NCBI GenBank assembly: GCA_951406725.2
Contig: OX597822.1
Coordinates: forward strand, 106,082,001-106,146,000
Direction of reading: 5' to 3'
Source of the DNA: Octopus vulgaris
Lineage: Eukaryota
DNA: 64,000 bases
Position 1 is the stretch's first letter. Each line of letters opens with the position of its first letter. Under the pieces are notes generated by a model that saw nothing but the letters and a program-made list of their open reading frames with translations, made no database searches and had not been told where the DNA came from. Both the position numbers and the translations under genes were made by a program. This document shows, one piece after another, positions 24,856 to 39,581 of the stretch.

Positions 24856-25134
24856 GAAAATGTAAAATCTGCTAAGCGTATCTTTTTAGTGATTTCCAGA
24901 AAACTTTGTCTCGGTGTTACCAGTGTTTCTGATATAAATCATTTGACAGACTAAGCAGGCCTCGTATCTCAACTCTTCAAATTGCCTGATTCATCATCTT
25001 CGTGCTACATGCGTATTTACTTTTTATTGTATCATACATTCTAAGCTGACAGCAACAATAAAATCTAACACTAAAAAGTTGACCAAAATTGAGAGTATGC
25101 TAGAAGTCTTACTCTTCCTTCCGTAGAAGAAAAG

Positions 25135-25375
25135 CTTCAAATCGCACCATGTTAACACCAAAAATTATTTACATCAAAAATGTATTTTTTTCTATGAAAA
25201 TCCCTATATTTTACGACTTTTTGACTGCTGTGTCGCCATTTTTCGGTGTATTTCAACCAAAAAAATGCTCTCTTAAAGAGAATAACAAACTACATAATGC
25301 AAAATTTTTACTTTTCAAAAATTCCAATTCTAAAGGGTCGAAACAAACCCGAGCAACGCCGGGTGATACTGCTAG
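25135..25375 (+). mobile_element. Non-autonomous Helitron 3' portion (5' limit uncertain)
   Basis: Ends acaaacccgagcaacgccgggtgatactgCTAG|T: GC hairpin plus CTAG before T. Same terminus as 56245. Confidence 0.75.
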
Positions 25376-25849
25376 TTTAAAATAAATCTTTATTGCATAG
25401 CGATTTTCCAAACGTCTAAACTGCATTCTGCTAATTAGTCAACTGAGACAAGCAGTATTTAATAGGGTGTGTCCGAACTGCTGTTACAGCCGTCTCTTTC
25501 AATCTCGAATAACAAAAGATGGCAAGTCGGCTTATTAGATGTAGAGTAATACTATTTTGAAACTAGAATAATCTACGATAGTTGTAACTACCTCTTCTAA
25601 GAAAAAAAGGTTCAGTGCTTCTGGAATGAACCATGTGGTTGAATTGATCCATTGTATTAGCATAGGTAACATTTGTGCTTCCTCAAAAAAAAAACACCTC
25701 AATTTTCTGCAATGAACCTTCTGGTTGATTTGCGCCATTGTATTGGCACAGACATCATTTGTGCTTTCTTCCAGGTCTCTATAGGAGGCTAATTTATGGT
25801 AAAGGAAATTCAGGAACAGTATTATGCTTTTCTTTCTTAAAAGCTTCCA

Positions 25850-25899
<50 letters not shown>

Positions 25900-25950
25900 T
25901 GTGTTGATCCGTGTGTGTGTATCTATGTATGTAAATGTATATATAACTAT

Positions 25951-26173
25951 TACTCTTTTACTCTTTTACTTGTTTCAGTCATTTGACTGCGGCCATGCTG
26001 GAGCACCGCCTTTAGTCGAGCAAATCGACCCCGGGACTTATTCTTTGTAAGCCCAGTACTTATTCTATCGGTCTCTTTTGCCGAACCGCTAAGTGACGGG
26101 GACGTAAACACACCAGCATCGGTTGTCAAGCAATGCTAGGGGGACAAACACAGACACACAAACACACACACAT

Positions 26174-26223
<50 letters not shown>

Positions 26224-26386
26224 GACAGGCTTCTTTCAGTTTCCGTCTACCAAATCCACTCACAAGGCATTGGTCGGCCCGGGGCTATAGCAGAAGACAC
26301 TTGCCCAAGATGCCACGCAGTGGGACTGAACCCGGAACCATGTGGTTGGTTAGCAAGCTACTTACCACACAGCCACTCCTGCGCCT
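25951..26386 (-). mobile_element. SINE family A, full length, young
   Basis: Sense aggcgcaggagtggctgtgtggtaag (A box)...ggttcagtccc (B box)...(TA)n...ggcggtgctccagcatggccgcagtcaaatgactgaaacaag(taaaagag)n. Confidence 0.95.
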
Positions 26387-26965
26387 ATCCGAGTTTTCTT
26401 CATATGTCCTCTTCTCTTTCTAATCTACATCCAAATTCAAAGAAGGATAATGTTTGAAACGTCGAAACAGTTAACTCTTTCTGTTTCTCTGGGCTTCAAA
26501 CTAATAATTCAATTGCTTTTTTTTTCAGTTTTGTATGTTGAGGTAGTCTTTCACTGTGCGTGAATGTATGTATGTGTGTGTTTGTGTGTGTGGGGGCGTA
26601 CGTGTGCGAGCATGAGTATGTGTTAGATTTCCGACGTGTGGTAATGGGGATTCAGTAGTTTGATCATCTGACGAACTGGTTCCTAAATTAAAATGTAAGT
26701 TGTTCTTATACACATATCACTCACAAGGTTTCCATTTAACCCAAGGCCATGCAAAAGACATCTACCCAAAATTTCAAGCACTGGAATCGTATCTTTTAAC
26801 ACGTTATTGGGGAGAGAATATCTCAACCACTCACCCACGCATACGTTCATATATACCTACATACACCCCCCCACACACACATATATACATATATATATAT
26901 ATATATTATATGCGTTTTCAGGAGATACGTATATATACAAACACACACAGACACGCATATATATA

Positions 26966-27036
<71 letters not shown>

Positions 27037-27075
27037 ATGAATATATATATGGATGAATGTGTATATATATATATA

Positions 27076-27858
27076 CTTTGATACTTTGATAGGTTTCGGC
27101 CATTATTGGCCCAGGCCATGTCTAACTTAATAGCACCACCTGGTGAAGTCTTTCAAGTCAGAATTTGGGCACTATGGCCCACTCAAGTAGAGAGTTATTG
27201 TTTACAGAGACATATCCGGGTGTAGGGGGTTTATCCGGGATTTCTTGAAGGAATCTGTCCAAAGACTTCTTGAACCCTATAGGGTCAGTTTCTGTTTTAA
27301 TGTGTTTTGGTGTAATGTTAAAGAGAGCGGGGCCAATTGAGGTGAAATAATTGTGCCGTATTGTTGTTATGAGATGAGAGTGCGATTTTTGTTTTGGGCG
27401 GATGGCACGGGGCCCAAGCCTTGGATGTACCTTAAAGGTGATGCCAACATCATTTGGGCAATGCTGATGGAATATTTTCCACATCATGCAGATGATGTAG
27501 CGCTCACGACGACGTTGGAGAGAATAGAGTTTTAGCTTTTCTAGTCGACCCCAATAGTCGAGGCCTGTCATGCCATCTATCTTTTTTGTGATTGCCCTTT
27601 GAGGTGCTTCGACTTTTATGATACCTTGTATTGTGTGGGGAGACCACAGTGGACAACAGTATTCAAGGTGGGGTCGGGCAAAAGTGGAGAAGAGAAGGAT
27701 AATGGTGTGGATATCTCTCGACTGGAAAGTTCTGAGAATCCAGGAACACATTCTGCGGGCCATGTCAACTTTGGTGTTTATATGAGTGGCCCAGCTTACG
27801 TTGTTGTCCACAATTACTCCCAAGTCTCTGATGTTGTTGGACGCCGCGAGAGTTTCAC
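27076..27858 (-). mobile_element. CR1-type LINE, 5'-truncated, intact ORF2 C-terminus, inserted in (TA)n
   Basis: [17 protein letters not shown]...[14 protein letters not shown]...[22 protein letters not shown]...[16 protein letters not shown]; stop at 27158-27160; 3' stem-loop ggcc-aataat-ggcc and (TATCAAAG)2 tail. Confidence 0.95.
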
Positions 27859-27863
27859 ATATA

Positions 27864-27930
<67 letters not shown>

Positions 27931-28174
27931 GTGTGTATGTATATATATATATGTATATATATATATATGTATATATATATGTATGTATGTATATATATAT
28001 ATATATATAGAAAGAGAGAGAGATAGAGAGAGAGAAAGAGATGGAAATAGAAGGAGTAAGAGAGAGATGCATTTACAGATATATAGCTGGATACATGCAT
28101 CCACATATATATATATACAATATTTCATATTAACATACGTACGTATGTACATATAAATGTATATATGTGTGTAA

Positions 28175-28211
<37 letters not shown>

Positions 28212-28537
28212 TATACGTATGTATGCATGAATGTATGTCTGTATGACTCAAAGCATATATGAATGGATGGATATAATGATCAATGAAACGGAAGAGATGC
28301 CAGTGTGACAATCAATGTATGTATATGTATGTGCATTAATATATATATATATATATATCAGCATATGTGTGCATCTCTGTGTGTATGTCTGTTTGTCTAC
28401 ATGCATGTGTGTACAAAGAAGCAGAAAATAGATATCTAAATACACAATTGCGTATGGTATGTCTATGAATATCTGCCAGTATGTCTCTATGTATGTAACG
28501 ATGTACGTTTATATATCTAACTTGTCTGTGTGTATCT

Positions 28538-28596
<59 letters not shown>

Positions 28597-28617
28597 AACA
28601 TACATATATATATATAC

Positions 28618-28674
<57 letters not shown>

Positions 28675-28715
28675 AACATACATATATATATATACATATG
28701 TATATATATATATAC

Positions 28716-28750
<35 letters not shown>
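27859..28750. repeat. Degenerate TA/GA-rich microsatellite field
   Basis: Direct inspection. Confidence 0.9.
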
Positions 28751-28751
<1 letters not shown>

Positions 28752-29281
28752 ATTCTGTGTTTTGTCTGTGTGTACACAGATTATAATAGGGTTTCCGTCA
28801 AACAAGTTCAGCCATTGTAACAGTATATTTACACGCAGTTTGTGATTCTAGGAAAGGCAGTTTTATCCAATAATGTCGGTTGTATGCGAAGGACATTTCT
28901 TCCAAAATGAAAACCATCATTGATTTGGCTTCGATGGATAGCTAGTTTCCAAGGAAACATTTCTGTATGAATGGTAGTGATTGAATGTCTTTAACGGCAT
29001 CCTTGCTTTATTGGATTGTTTCAATACTTATTACGCACCTAGCAGCCAAATTTAAATCAAACTATAGATACGACTGCGTGGTATTTGGAAACACTATAAC
29101 TTGAATATTCTTTTAGCTGACAACTCTGACAATTCCACATATATATTTATGCATACATACAGATATGTGTGTGTGTGTGTGTGTATGTGTGTGTGTGTTC
29201 ATATATATATATATACATATGCATATATATATAGATGTATACATACATATATCTAGATATATATACACAGACAGACACACA

Positions 29282-29368
<87 letters not shown>

Positions 29369-29465
29369 CATATAAATATATATGTATAGAATACAAATGT
29401 ATGTTTACATACATATATCTAGATATATATACACAGACAGACACACACACACATACACACACAGA

Positions 29466-29520
<55 letters not shown>

Positions 29521-30435
29521 TCATTTAAACCTTTTCTGTAAATAAAGTTGCCACAGAAAAAAATCGTAATTTATTCTCGAGACAAAATGTTCAACATTAT
29601 ACATAATTGATCATCTGGGAATATATTATTGATTCTTGTTTTTCAGCTAAGAATTATTATCGACCTTCTTTTACATACAATTCCACATCCTTCAGTAGAA
29701 CATATTTCTAATAAATAGATTAAAACATGGATTTAAAATGATACTAAGGAAAAGTTAAGCAGAGTGATATTTTGAATATACGAAAACTTCGAACAGCAGT
29801 CATATAAAACTGAATTTTGTGGGAAAATATCTATTGTAAATCTTATTAGTTGTATATGAGCCAGTGAAGATATATCTACGTGAACGCTTGTCTTGATATA
29901 AATCACCCCTATTTGTCTTAAGAAAGATGATGAGTTATGGAGATTGTGACAGATAATCAGGGATTGAATACATTTTGATGATGAGTCTGTTCTATCAACA
30001 GCGTCACGCCAACGGAATAACTTCGTTTGAGATCATAGAAATAGATGCTAGGTTTATTCTAAACCAAGTCCTAATCATCTTATATATAAAAAAAGGATAC
30101 AGTTTATCTCGGCTTGAGTGTCATTGATAGCAGTCAGAGCTACTTAATCCAGGCTAACTTCAAGCATAATGTGTAGCTTTTTATATAGCTCTTGCTATTC
30201 ATCGCCTGTCACAGCATTCAGGTTCCGCTTCATCCGTTTAAACTCCGCATTTTCGAATGAGATTTCTGAGGCATATTCTCTTCAGCCCTCACCTGACGAC
30301 AGGAATATCTTGGCCAGGCGTGTTTTCGCAGAATATTAGAATTAATGGCTCTCGTCATATGACATTTAAAACATCACGTAATGTCGAGAGGAGGAGACGC
30401 AATCGTACACATATCATATCAATATATATATCGTG

Positions 30436-31279
<844 letters not shown>

Positions 31280-31456
31280 TATATATATATATATATATGT
31301 ATACATATGTATATATATTTATGTATGTATATATATATATATATATTTATACATATGTATATATATTTATGTATGTATATATATGTATATATTTATGTAT
31401 ATATATACATGTATATATTTATGTATGTATATACATGTATATATTTATGTGTGTAC

Positions 31457-31495
<39 letters not shown>

Positions 31496-31507
31496 TATAT
31501 AGATATA

Positions 31508-34028
31508 CAGTACCTTGCAAAAGTTTTCGCCCTCTATTGTAAATTTCTACTAATTGCCAACTTATAAGTGGATGAAATGTTGGCCCTTTTGGAGTCATTG
31601 CCATACCTAATAATTATATTTTCTGGTAGGGATTCAGAATTAGAAGGGAAGATGCGAGACTACCACCAAAAAGGGCCAAGTAAAAGTTTTCGCCTACTTC
31701 ACATAAACCAATCAAGTTATAGTCTTTCAAAACAGAAAACTGTCTATAACGTAAATTTATTACATAATGTTCGTTTCAAGAAGTTACTGTACACTGTTAA
31801 TAGTTCCTGTGTGGTTTCCCTTACCTTGAATAATTGCTTCAATGCGTCTGGGAATAGATGCGTACAAATCCTTCACCATCTTCAGAATTGTGAATTACCA
31901 TGCTCTGTGAACGAACTCCATCAACTCTTCAAGATTGTGTGGATTCTTCTGACATACTCTTCTCTTTAGTTTTGTCCACATTTGCTCGATGTTATTTAAA
32001 TCAGGGCTCTGAGCTAGCCATTCTTTCAATACGGTAACACCTTCATCAGCCAGACTCTGTTGATCTATGGCATGGAGCTCCGTCATTCTGAAAAATCTCA
32101 CCTCCATCCAAGTCTTGTATCAAATTGTCTTTTTCGACTGGATGTATTTAACACTATTCAAATTACTGCCAATTTTAACCAACTTTCTTGAACCATCACT
32201 TTTTATGTATCCTGAAGGCATCAGATTCTTACCCCCAAACGTCGCTGTTCTTGTCGTGTATCATTGATCGTTTCGCTTTCCTAGAGGATTTCTGGCAAAT
32301 TTTCGTTTATTAGAAAACGAAACCACCCACTTTACACGATGAAAACAGTGAAGTTTGGGGGTAAGAGCATGATACTTTGGTACATAAAAAGTGATTGCTG
32401 AAGGAAGTTAATTAAAATTGACTGTAACTTGAATAGTGCCAAATGTATCCAGTCGCTGAGGGATAATTTGATACCAAACTTCGATGAAGGTTAGATTTTT
32501 TCAGCATGTCGGAACTCCATGCCACAGAGAAGTGTAACACAGGAAGGTCTGGCTGAAAAAGGTGTTACCGTATTGAAAGATTGGTCAGCTCAGAGCCCTG
32601 ACTTAAATATTGAGTCACCCCAAAATTAATACGATTTTTTCAATTGCATGAATGTCGGAGGGGAAGGGATACTCTACCTGCATCAATTTCCTATAAAAGC
32701 AGGTAGTAATTTTACCTTGAAGTTATTCTTAGTGCAAGATTTGAAAAGTGGAGTTCAATTTTAACAGTTATTTTTTCAAAGCTATAATGGAAATGACAAA
32801 GAAGCATATTCGGCATATTTTGCTTTATGAGTTCAATAAGAAGCAACAACGCAACGGAAATGCAGTATGTGGGGATCGGACAATAAGCGTAAGCTAGTGT
32901 CAGTGGTAGTTCCAGAATTTCCGAGCCGACAACTACAGCCCAGAAGATGAACCTCGTCCTGGAAGATATGTAGAGCTCGATGAGGACGTCCAGAAAAACC
33001 TGGAGAAACAAAATCCCATCGTAACTGTTGAGGAACTAGCAGAGAAGCTTGCATTTGGTCATTTAATCAATCATTCAAGTCAGCGCTATAAGTAAAACGA
33101 CCATCTTTGGTTTCAAGACGAAAGGTGTTATTCCATCAGGATAATGCTCAGCCACATACAGTGAGGATAACATTCCAAAGGCTGGAGCAGTTTGAATGGG
33201 AAACGATGCCCTACCCACCATATTCGCCAGGCATTGCCCCATCTGATTATCATTTATTCCGCAGTCTTCAAAATCATTTGGAGGGAAAAAATATGAATTC
33301 AGTAGACGAGGTCAGAAGAGTACCAGAGGAGTGTTTTACGTCACGGACAAGTAAATTTTGAAAGAGAGGCCTTGAAAGTCTACCAGATAGATGGAAGCGC
33401 ATTGTAGAAAATGACGGAAAGTATATTTTAGATTAAAAAAGAACTTTATTTATCTTAATTTTGAAAAATAAAAGAAGTATAAAAAACCGCATTGTTTATG
33501 GGATGACCCAATATCATCAAGCAAATGTGGACAGAACTAAAGAGAAGAGTTCGTCAGAAGTATCCACGCAATCTTGAAGAATTGTGGGTGCTTAGCCACA
33601 GAGAATGGATCTCATACCTGTAAAGATGGTGAAAAATGTTTATGCATCTCATCCCAGGCGCATTGAAGCAATTATTCAAGCTAAGGGAAGCCACACGTAA
33701 TATTAACAATGTACAGTAACTTCTTGAAACAAGCATTATGTAATAAATGTTCATTAAAGGCATCTTTCTGTTTTGAAACCCTATTACTTGATTCGTTTAC
33801 ATGAGGTAGCCGAAAACTTTTGCTAGGTCAATTTTGATCATCGTCTCGCATCTCTCCCTCTTATTCAGAGCCCCTACCACAAAATATAATGATTAAGTAT
33901 GGAAATGACTCCAACGGGACCAACGTTTTATTTGTAAAAAGCGCAATGCGAAACATCAACTTATAAGTTGACAATTAGTAAAAATTCACAATAGTTTAGT
34001 GTGACCGAAGACTTTTGCACTGTACTGT
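31508..34028. mobile_element. Palindromic Tc1 derivative: two inverted 3' halves of one transposon
   Basis: Termini cagtaccttgcaaaagttttcg / cgaagacttttgcactgtactg. The left arm (minus) reads EWLAQSPDLNNIEQMWTKLKRRV; the right arm (plus) reads DWSAQSPDLN|IIKQMWTELKRRV, interrupted by a mariner. Confidence 0.88.
32610..33511 (+). mobile_element. Mariner (D,D34D) element, internally deleted, nested with a TA duplication
   Basis: TIRs ttgagtcaccccaaaattaatacgattttt / aaaaaccgcattgtttatgggatgacccaa; TA at 32608-32609 and 33512-33513; peptide LFHQDNAQPH...PYSPGIAPSDYHLFRSLQNHL. Confidence 0.92.
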
Positions 34029-34073
34029 GTGTGTATACATGTGTTTGTGTGTGTGTGTGTGTATACATGTGTT

Positions 34074-34106
<33 letters not shown>

Positions 34107-34194
34107 ATGTATGTATGTATGTATGTATGTATGTATGTATGTGTGTGTGCATGTATGTATGTATGTATGAATTTATGTATGTATATTATCTTTT

Positions 34195-34353
34195 ATTTTC
34201 TACTTGTTTCAGTCATTAGATCTTGACCATACTAAGACATCGCTCGATGATTTTTCTCTTTTTTTTTTTTACGAATGAATCGATCCAGGGACTGAACTCG
34301 AAACCATGCGGTTAGCGGGGCTAGCTTCTTAATCACACAAATACGTCTGCGCC
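34195..34353 (-). mobile_element. SINE family A, internally deleted and decayed
   Basis: Tail tacttgtttcagtcatt joined to head gggactgaactcgaaaccatgcggtt...tctgcgcct. Confidence 0.65.
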
Positions 34354-35053
34354 TCACGTTACTGAAGAATCATTTAGGCGTATCTTTGATGAAAAAAACT
34401 AAAAAATTTCTATAATCCTTTAAGGTCAAAACTTTAGATAAACTTGAAAAATGAGTATGTTTTTGTAATCAACAACCCCAAATTCTTAAAAATCGATTAG
34501 TTTTGTCTCCGATGCATTTGGATATTGTCCAATGTAATTATAAATATATCAGATTTGACTGAGCACAACAGAATAAAAAAAAATTCTATTCGATATATTA
34601 AATGATATGCATCGAAAACGTCTCATTGTTTGAAAACCTACTGTACATAATATTAATCTGATTCTTTTGATATCCCTCTAAGAAATATATGAAGTGAAGG
34701 AATCTTGTTTCTTCCTTCTCCATTCCTTAGTAACCAAAAACTAGTTTCTTTTTCTTAAGATGTTCTGAGCTAAAGGGTTTTTTTTTCTTGAACACCATTC
34801 GAAATTAACAAGATTCTCCAGCGATAATTGCGAAACAGCATGACAATAGCCGCAGTATGCTTTCTCAGTTTACAAACATAGTTTCAGCTTTTCATATACT
34901 GATAAAATGTACACATGTATAAGCACAGACACACACACACACACACAAATATATACCCATGCATACATAAATGTGTGTGTGTGCGTGTGTATGTGTGTAT
35001 ATAGATATTGGTTTATGTATGTATAGAGAGACAGAGACAGACAGAGGGTTTGC

Positions 35054-35405
<352 letters not shown>

Positions 35406-35790
35406 ATAAATGGAATTCTTACGTAATTCTTGATATTTTTGAAAATTACCTTATTTTTTTAATAAAATTCAATTTATGTTGAATCTAAACCAAAATTTAA
35501 TAAATAGTGTCTTTGTGATCATTTTACTTGTAGTATTTTTGTTAATTTTAAAAACCGTATTGTCAGGAAACCTTTACAATAATGCCAATAACTGCAGGAT
35601 CAAATTTATCAAATTTATAGAATTATTCCTCAACTGCAACTGCAAAAAAAAAAATAAAAAATAATAATATTTCTTTCAAAACACCGTGAATATCTACCCT
35701 TACTTAATTATAATCACATGTTCGCGAGAGGATTCAGGCCTTACTAGTGTTGTACAGTTGAAAACGAAATTTCACTTCCGTATGTGTGTA

Positions 35791-35849
<59 letters not shown>

Positions 35850-35853
<4 letters not shown>

Positions 35854-36049
35854 TTGTCCCTCCATCATCGCTTAACAACACCGACCTTGTTGTGTTTACG
35901 TCTCCTTAAATTAGCGACTCGTCAAAACTAGCAGACAGAATGAGTATTAGGTTTACAAAGAATAAATCTTGGGGTTGATTTGTTCGACTAAAGGCGGTGT
36001 TCTACCATGGCCGCAGTCAAATGACTGAAACAATTAAATGAATAAAAGA
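35850..36049 (+). mobile_element. SINE family A, 3' half
   Basis: cgactaaaggcggtgttctaccatggccgcagtcaaatgactgaaac. Confidence 0.8.
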
Positions 36050-36099
36050 ATATATATATATATATCTTTCAAAATGAAGCCACATGTGAATCGTTCACA

Positions 36100-36250
36100 A
36101 TTTTTTGCCCTCCGTCTTCCTTTTCTATTGGACTTTATTCTGTCTCCTCTTTCTGAAGAAGAGCTTTGCTCGAAACTTAAAGCCACCTTTCTTTCCTCCC
36201 CGTCCATGCGTTGTTGTTTTTTTTTTTGTTTGTTCTTCGTTTTTTTTTTT
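36100..36250 (+). mobile_element. Family E short insert with hammerhead variant
   Basis: cttt-CTGAAGA-A-GAGC-TTT-GCTC-GAAAC-TTA-aag (36149-36182). Confidence 0.65.
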
Positions 36251-36289
36251 ATATATATATATACATATATATATCATAAGGGGGGTTTG

Positions 36290-36694
36290 TTTGCCTCCCT
36301 TGTCAGTCATTAAAATATGTGTGCCTCTTGTGGTTATGAGTTGTTTTAACTCTTATTTCTAGCAACACTGTTGCTGTCTAGTGGCCTTAGTAACTTTAGT
36401 GACGTATATATTTCTGCCTTTCGGTTGTAAAATTATTTATAATTTTCAGATTTAGCGTTTAGAAAATCAGCGTATCAGTTCTGGGATAATTTTATAAACT
36501 GACAAGGCGAGCTGAGTATAACCAAAGGCACTGAAGAGCATTAATATAAATGTGAAATTACTGTGATCTGGCTATTTCTAGGCGCTGAGAGAGCTTGCAT
36601 CCCATGTCAGTCATCAAGATAAGAGGTCTCTTGTGTCTAGGCGTTGCTTTAACTCTTATTTCTTGCAATAATACCCTCAGTCACTTCAGTTACG

Positions 36695-36697
<3 letters not shown>
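36290..36697 (+). mobile_element. Partial tandem (direct) pLTR-like repeat with a degraded hammerhead
   Basis: tgtcagtcat...ctcttgtg...tttaactcttatttct.gcaa...cgtatata at 36301-36408 and again at 36605-36698; CTGAAGA-GCATT..AATGT-GAAA at 36531-36557 between them. Confidence 0.55.
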
Positions 36698-36724
<27 letters not shown>

Positions 36725-36726
<2 letters not shown>

Positions 36727-37085
36727 TAAATTAGAGATAAAACCACTATTAGGCAAATCAAACAGTGAAAATCATAAGCCAATACATAGAAAAAAATTAA
36801 TTAAAAAAATAAAATATAAATATAAAAAATATAAAATATAAAATTCCAAATTAAAATATTTAAATTAAAGTTTGAATTTTTTAAATTATTTAGATAATTT
36901 AAACTTATAAATAAAAAAAAATATATATATATATATATCGTTTATATATATATATATATATTTTATGTAAATTATATAACTATCAAAAAGTATTAAAAGT
37001 TTAATATAAAATAAAATATACTATAAAATTGGATTTAATCCTAAATCTAATTTTTCCCTGTAAGTTTGGATTTACTCACTAATAT

Positions 37086-37087
<2 letters not shown>
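36725..37087. mobile_element. Family D insert with its two blocks in opposite orientation
   Basis: attagagataaaaccactattaggcaaatcaaacagtgaaaa at the left; atttaatcctaaatctaatttttccctgtaagtttggatttactc at the right (reverse complement of 45465-45510). Confidence 0.75.
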
Positions 37088-37159
<72 letters not shown>

Positions 37160-39000
37160 ATGTATATATATATATGTATGTATTAGAAACTCTCGGAACT
37201 TGCGTTACTCTGTTCCTTTTGCTAAATATTAAGAAAATATGCATATAATTATATACTCATATTTTGAGTTCTATTTTTCCTGTTTGCATCACCATGTACA
37301 TATTTACATATGTGTGTGTATGTGTGTGTATGCTTGTGTGGGGGCTGGGGGTGTATGTGCGTGTAGATAGGAAGTAGATAGGTAAGTAATTCAATTATGG
37401 CTACTTTGAAAGAATAATTGGGAAGTGACATTATAATGTGTGTATATTCTCATTTTGAATAAATACATATTTAGAAACGCGTTTGCTCTGTGTTTGATAG
37501 GTAAGTGGTCATTTGTTCTACTAGAAATAATAACCAAACGCACCGGCACTGCCCCAAAGTATTCCAAGAGATAATTATATTTCTTAATAAGATTTGTACC
37601 ACAACATATTTTTATGAGCAGATAATTTGTGAGGCAAAACTTGATTGGTGTAACTCTACAAACAGTTATTTCAAATGTCTTGAAATCTTCCAGTGTGAAT
37701 TGTTTTATTTTAATTCTAAACATTAGAGTAACTTGAACAGTGACTCGCACATTATTTGCTGTAACAATCCACCAAAAGTGTGAAGCTCTACTCCCTGGGC
37801 AATCTTGACAGAAACAGCTTAAGATTTAATGAAGAAGGAACAGTTATTCGGATCACTGGAGTTACCATAAATTGAAAACAAATCTACCTCAAGCTATATC
37901 TTTTCCACTTTAACAAGGGCAGCATGCATTCTGCAGTGTAATCTTATGTATACAAAAGACTCGGAATAGAACAAGAAACCTTTTTTCTAATGACAAACTC
38001 GATCAGGGACCATTTGCAGTTAAGCAACCAGATCAGATCTAAGAGATGTGAAAATATATCTTAATTTACTCCAAAACGTATCTATTTACATTATACAAAG
38101 TAATTGCTCTGTCTCAGAAATTCTTTTATTTAATTGACATTGCGTGCCCCATCTATTTTTGTTGAGCCTTCCCCTAACGGGAGATAACGCTGGTTTTATT
38201 TCATGAATCCCTCTTGACTCCGGCACAATAAATGCAATCTTAATTGTAAAACGAACGGGAATGTTAACAATATACTTTTGCCTCTGCTGGTAGTATTAGG
38301 CAATGATACTAAAACAGTATTATTGTCATTCATAATATATTTACTGCAAATATGCAAATAAGAAATTTGTGTGTTAATTTTTCCTTGCTATAATAAATAT
38401 TTTCATTTCGAAAATTAGTTTTCATATCATTAGTAGCTATTCATTATGAAATTTGAATAAAATAAAATAATTATCATTTTACTAATGTAACAATACCTTA
38501 TATCATTCAAAGTGGAACAAAATATAATCACCACATTGCCTGTCGTATGACGGATAATATTCTCGTACTTTGATAATTGTTAATTGTACATATCAGACCT
38601 ACCGCAAATCTGGATTTTCTTATATTTGGTACATTCTATTCTCTGTTATTCAAAACCACTTTTAGGAACCTTTTTTCCATCGCTAGCATTCAGTCGTTAT
38701 TCACCTTTAACCAGTTATTCTTATTTAACCGCAGATCATTCCTTATCGTGCAGTTATTCCAGGCGTAAATACCCTCATATTAGGAGCATCTTCGTTTATA
38801 ATTTAATGATTACTTCCTCTCTCTAAAGAAGTAGTTGCATGATTCGAAAAAGATTTGTAGCCATTTCTAACGCGTCGAGCGAACAACGTAGGGCTTCTTC
38901 CGAAAGCCCGTACCGAAATCATTTCTTCTCGCTTCTACTTCACATTTTTAAGCTAATATAGTAGTTCTCTTTTGGTACCTTGTTATTTAACACACTCACC

Positions 39001-39288
39001 GATGCCAGCGCCACCTTGACTGGCTTCCGTGCCGGTGGCACGTTAAAAGAACAAACCGATCGTGACCGCTGCCAGACTCCCCTGGCACCTGTGCCGGTGG
39101 CACGTAAAAAGCACCCACTACACTCACGGAGTGGTTGGCGTTAGGAAGGGCAATCCAGTTGTAGAAACACTGCCAGATCAGACTGGAGCCTGGTGCAGCC
39201 TCCTGGCTTCCCAGACCCCGGTCGAACCGTCCAACCCGTGCTAGCGCGGAAAACGGACGTTAAACGATGATGATGATGATGATGGTGA
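39001..39288 (+). mobile_element. 5'-truncated SINE with a Ceph-like core and RTE-type (GAT)n tail
   Basis: gagtggttggcgttaggaagggcaatccag...ggacgttaaac(gat)n; tandem tgccggtggcacgt.aaaag units. The family name is from memory. Confidence 0.75.
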
Positions 39289-39581
39289 TATAGATAGATG
39301 AGCGTGTAATATGTTCATATTCACTTGAATGCGCCGAGATCTTTCGCTGTGGAAATAGTGGTTTTACACGTATTATCTATGAGGAGAATTTTCTTCCCAA
39401 ACTATTTCGCAGCGAAAGTTCTCCCAACGTTCAAATATACATGGACGTGTTAAATGTCACAGAGCATAAAATATATTTTATTCTATGCTGCTTGTGTCAC
39501 GTTGTTTAATATATCTGTATGTGTGTGTGTATATGTATCTATGTATCTATGTGTATATCCATACACATGTATGTCTGAATG

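Noticed and set aside
37391-37750. 119-aa minus ORF as a host exon
   Set aside because: No homology that I recognise; composition resembles translated AT-rich non-coding DNA.
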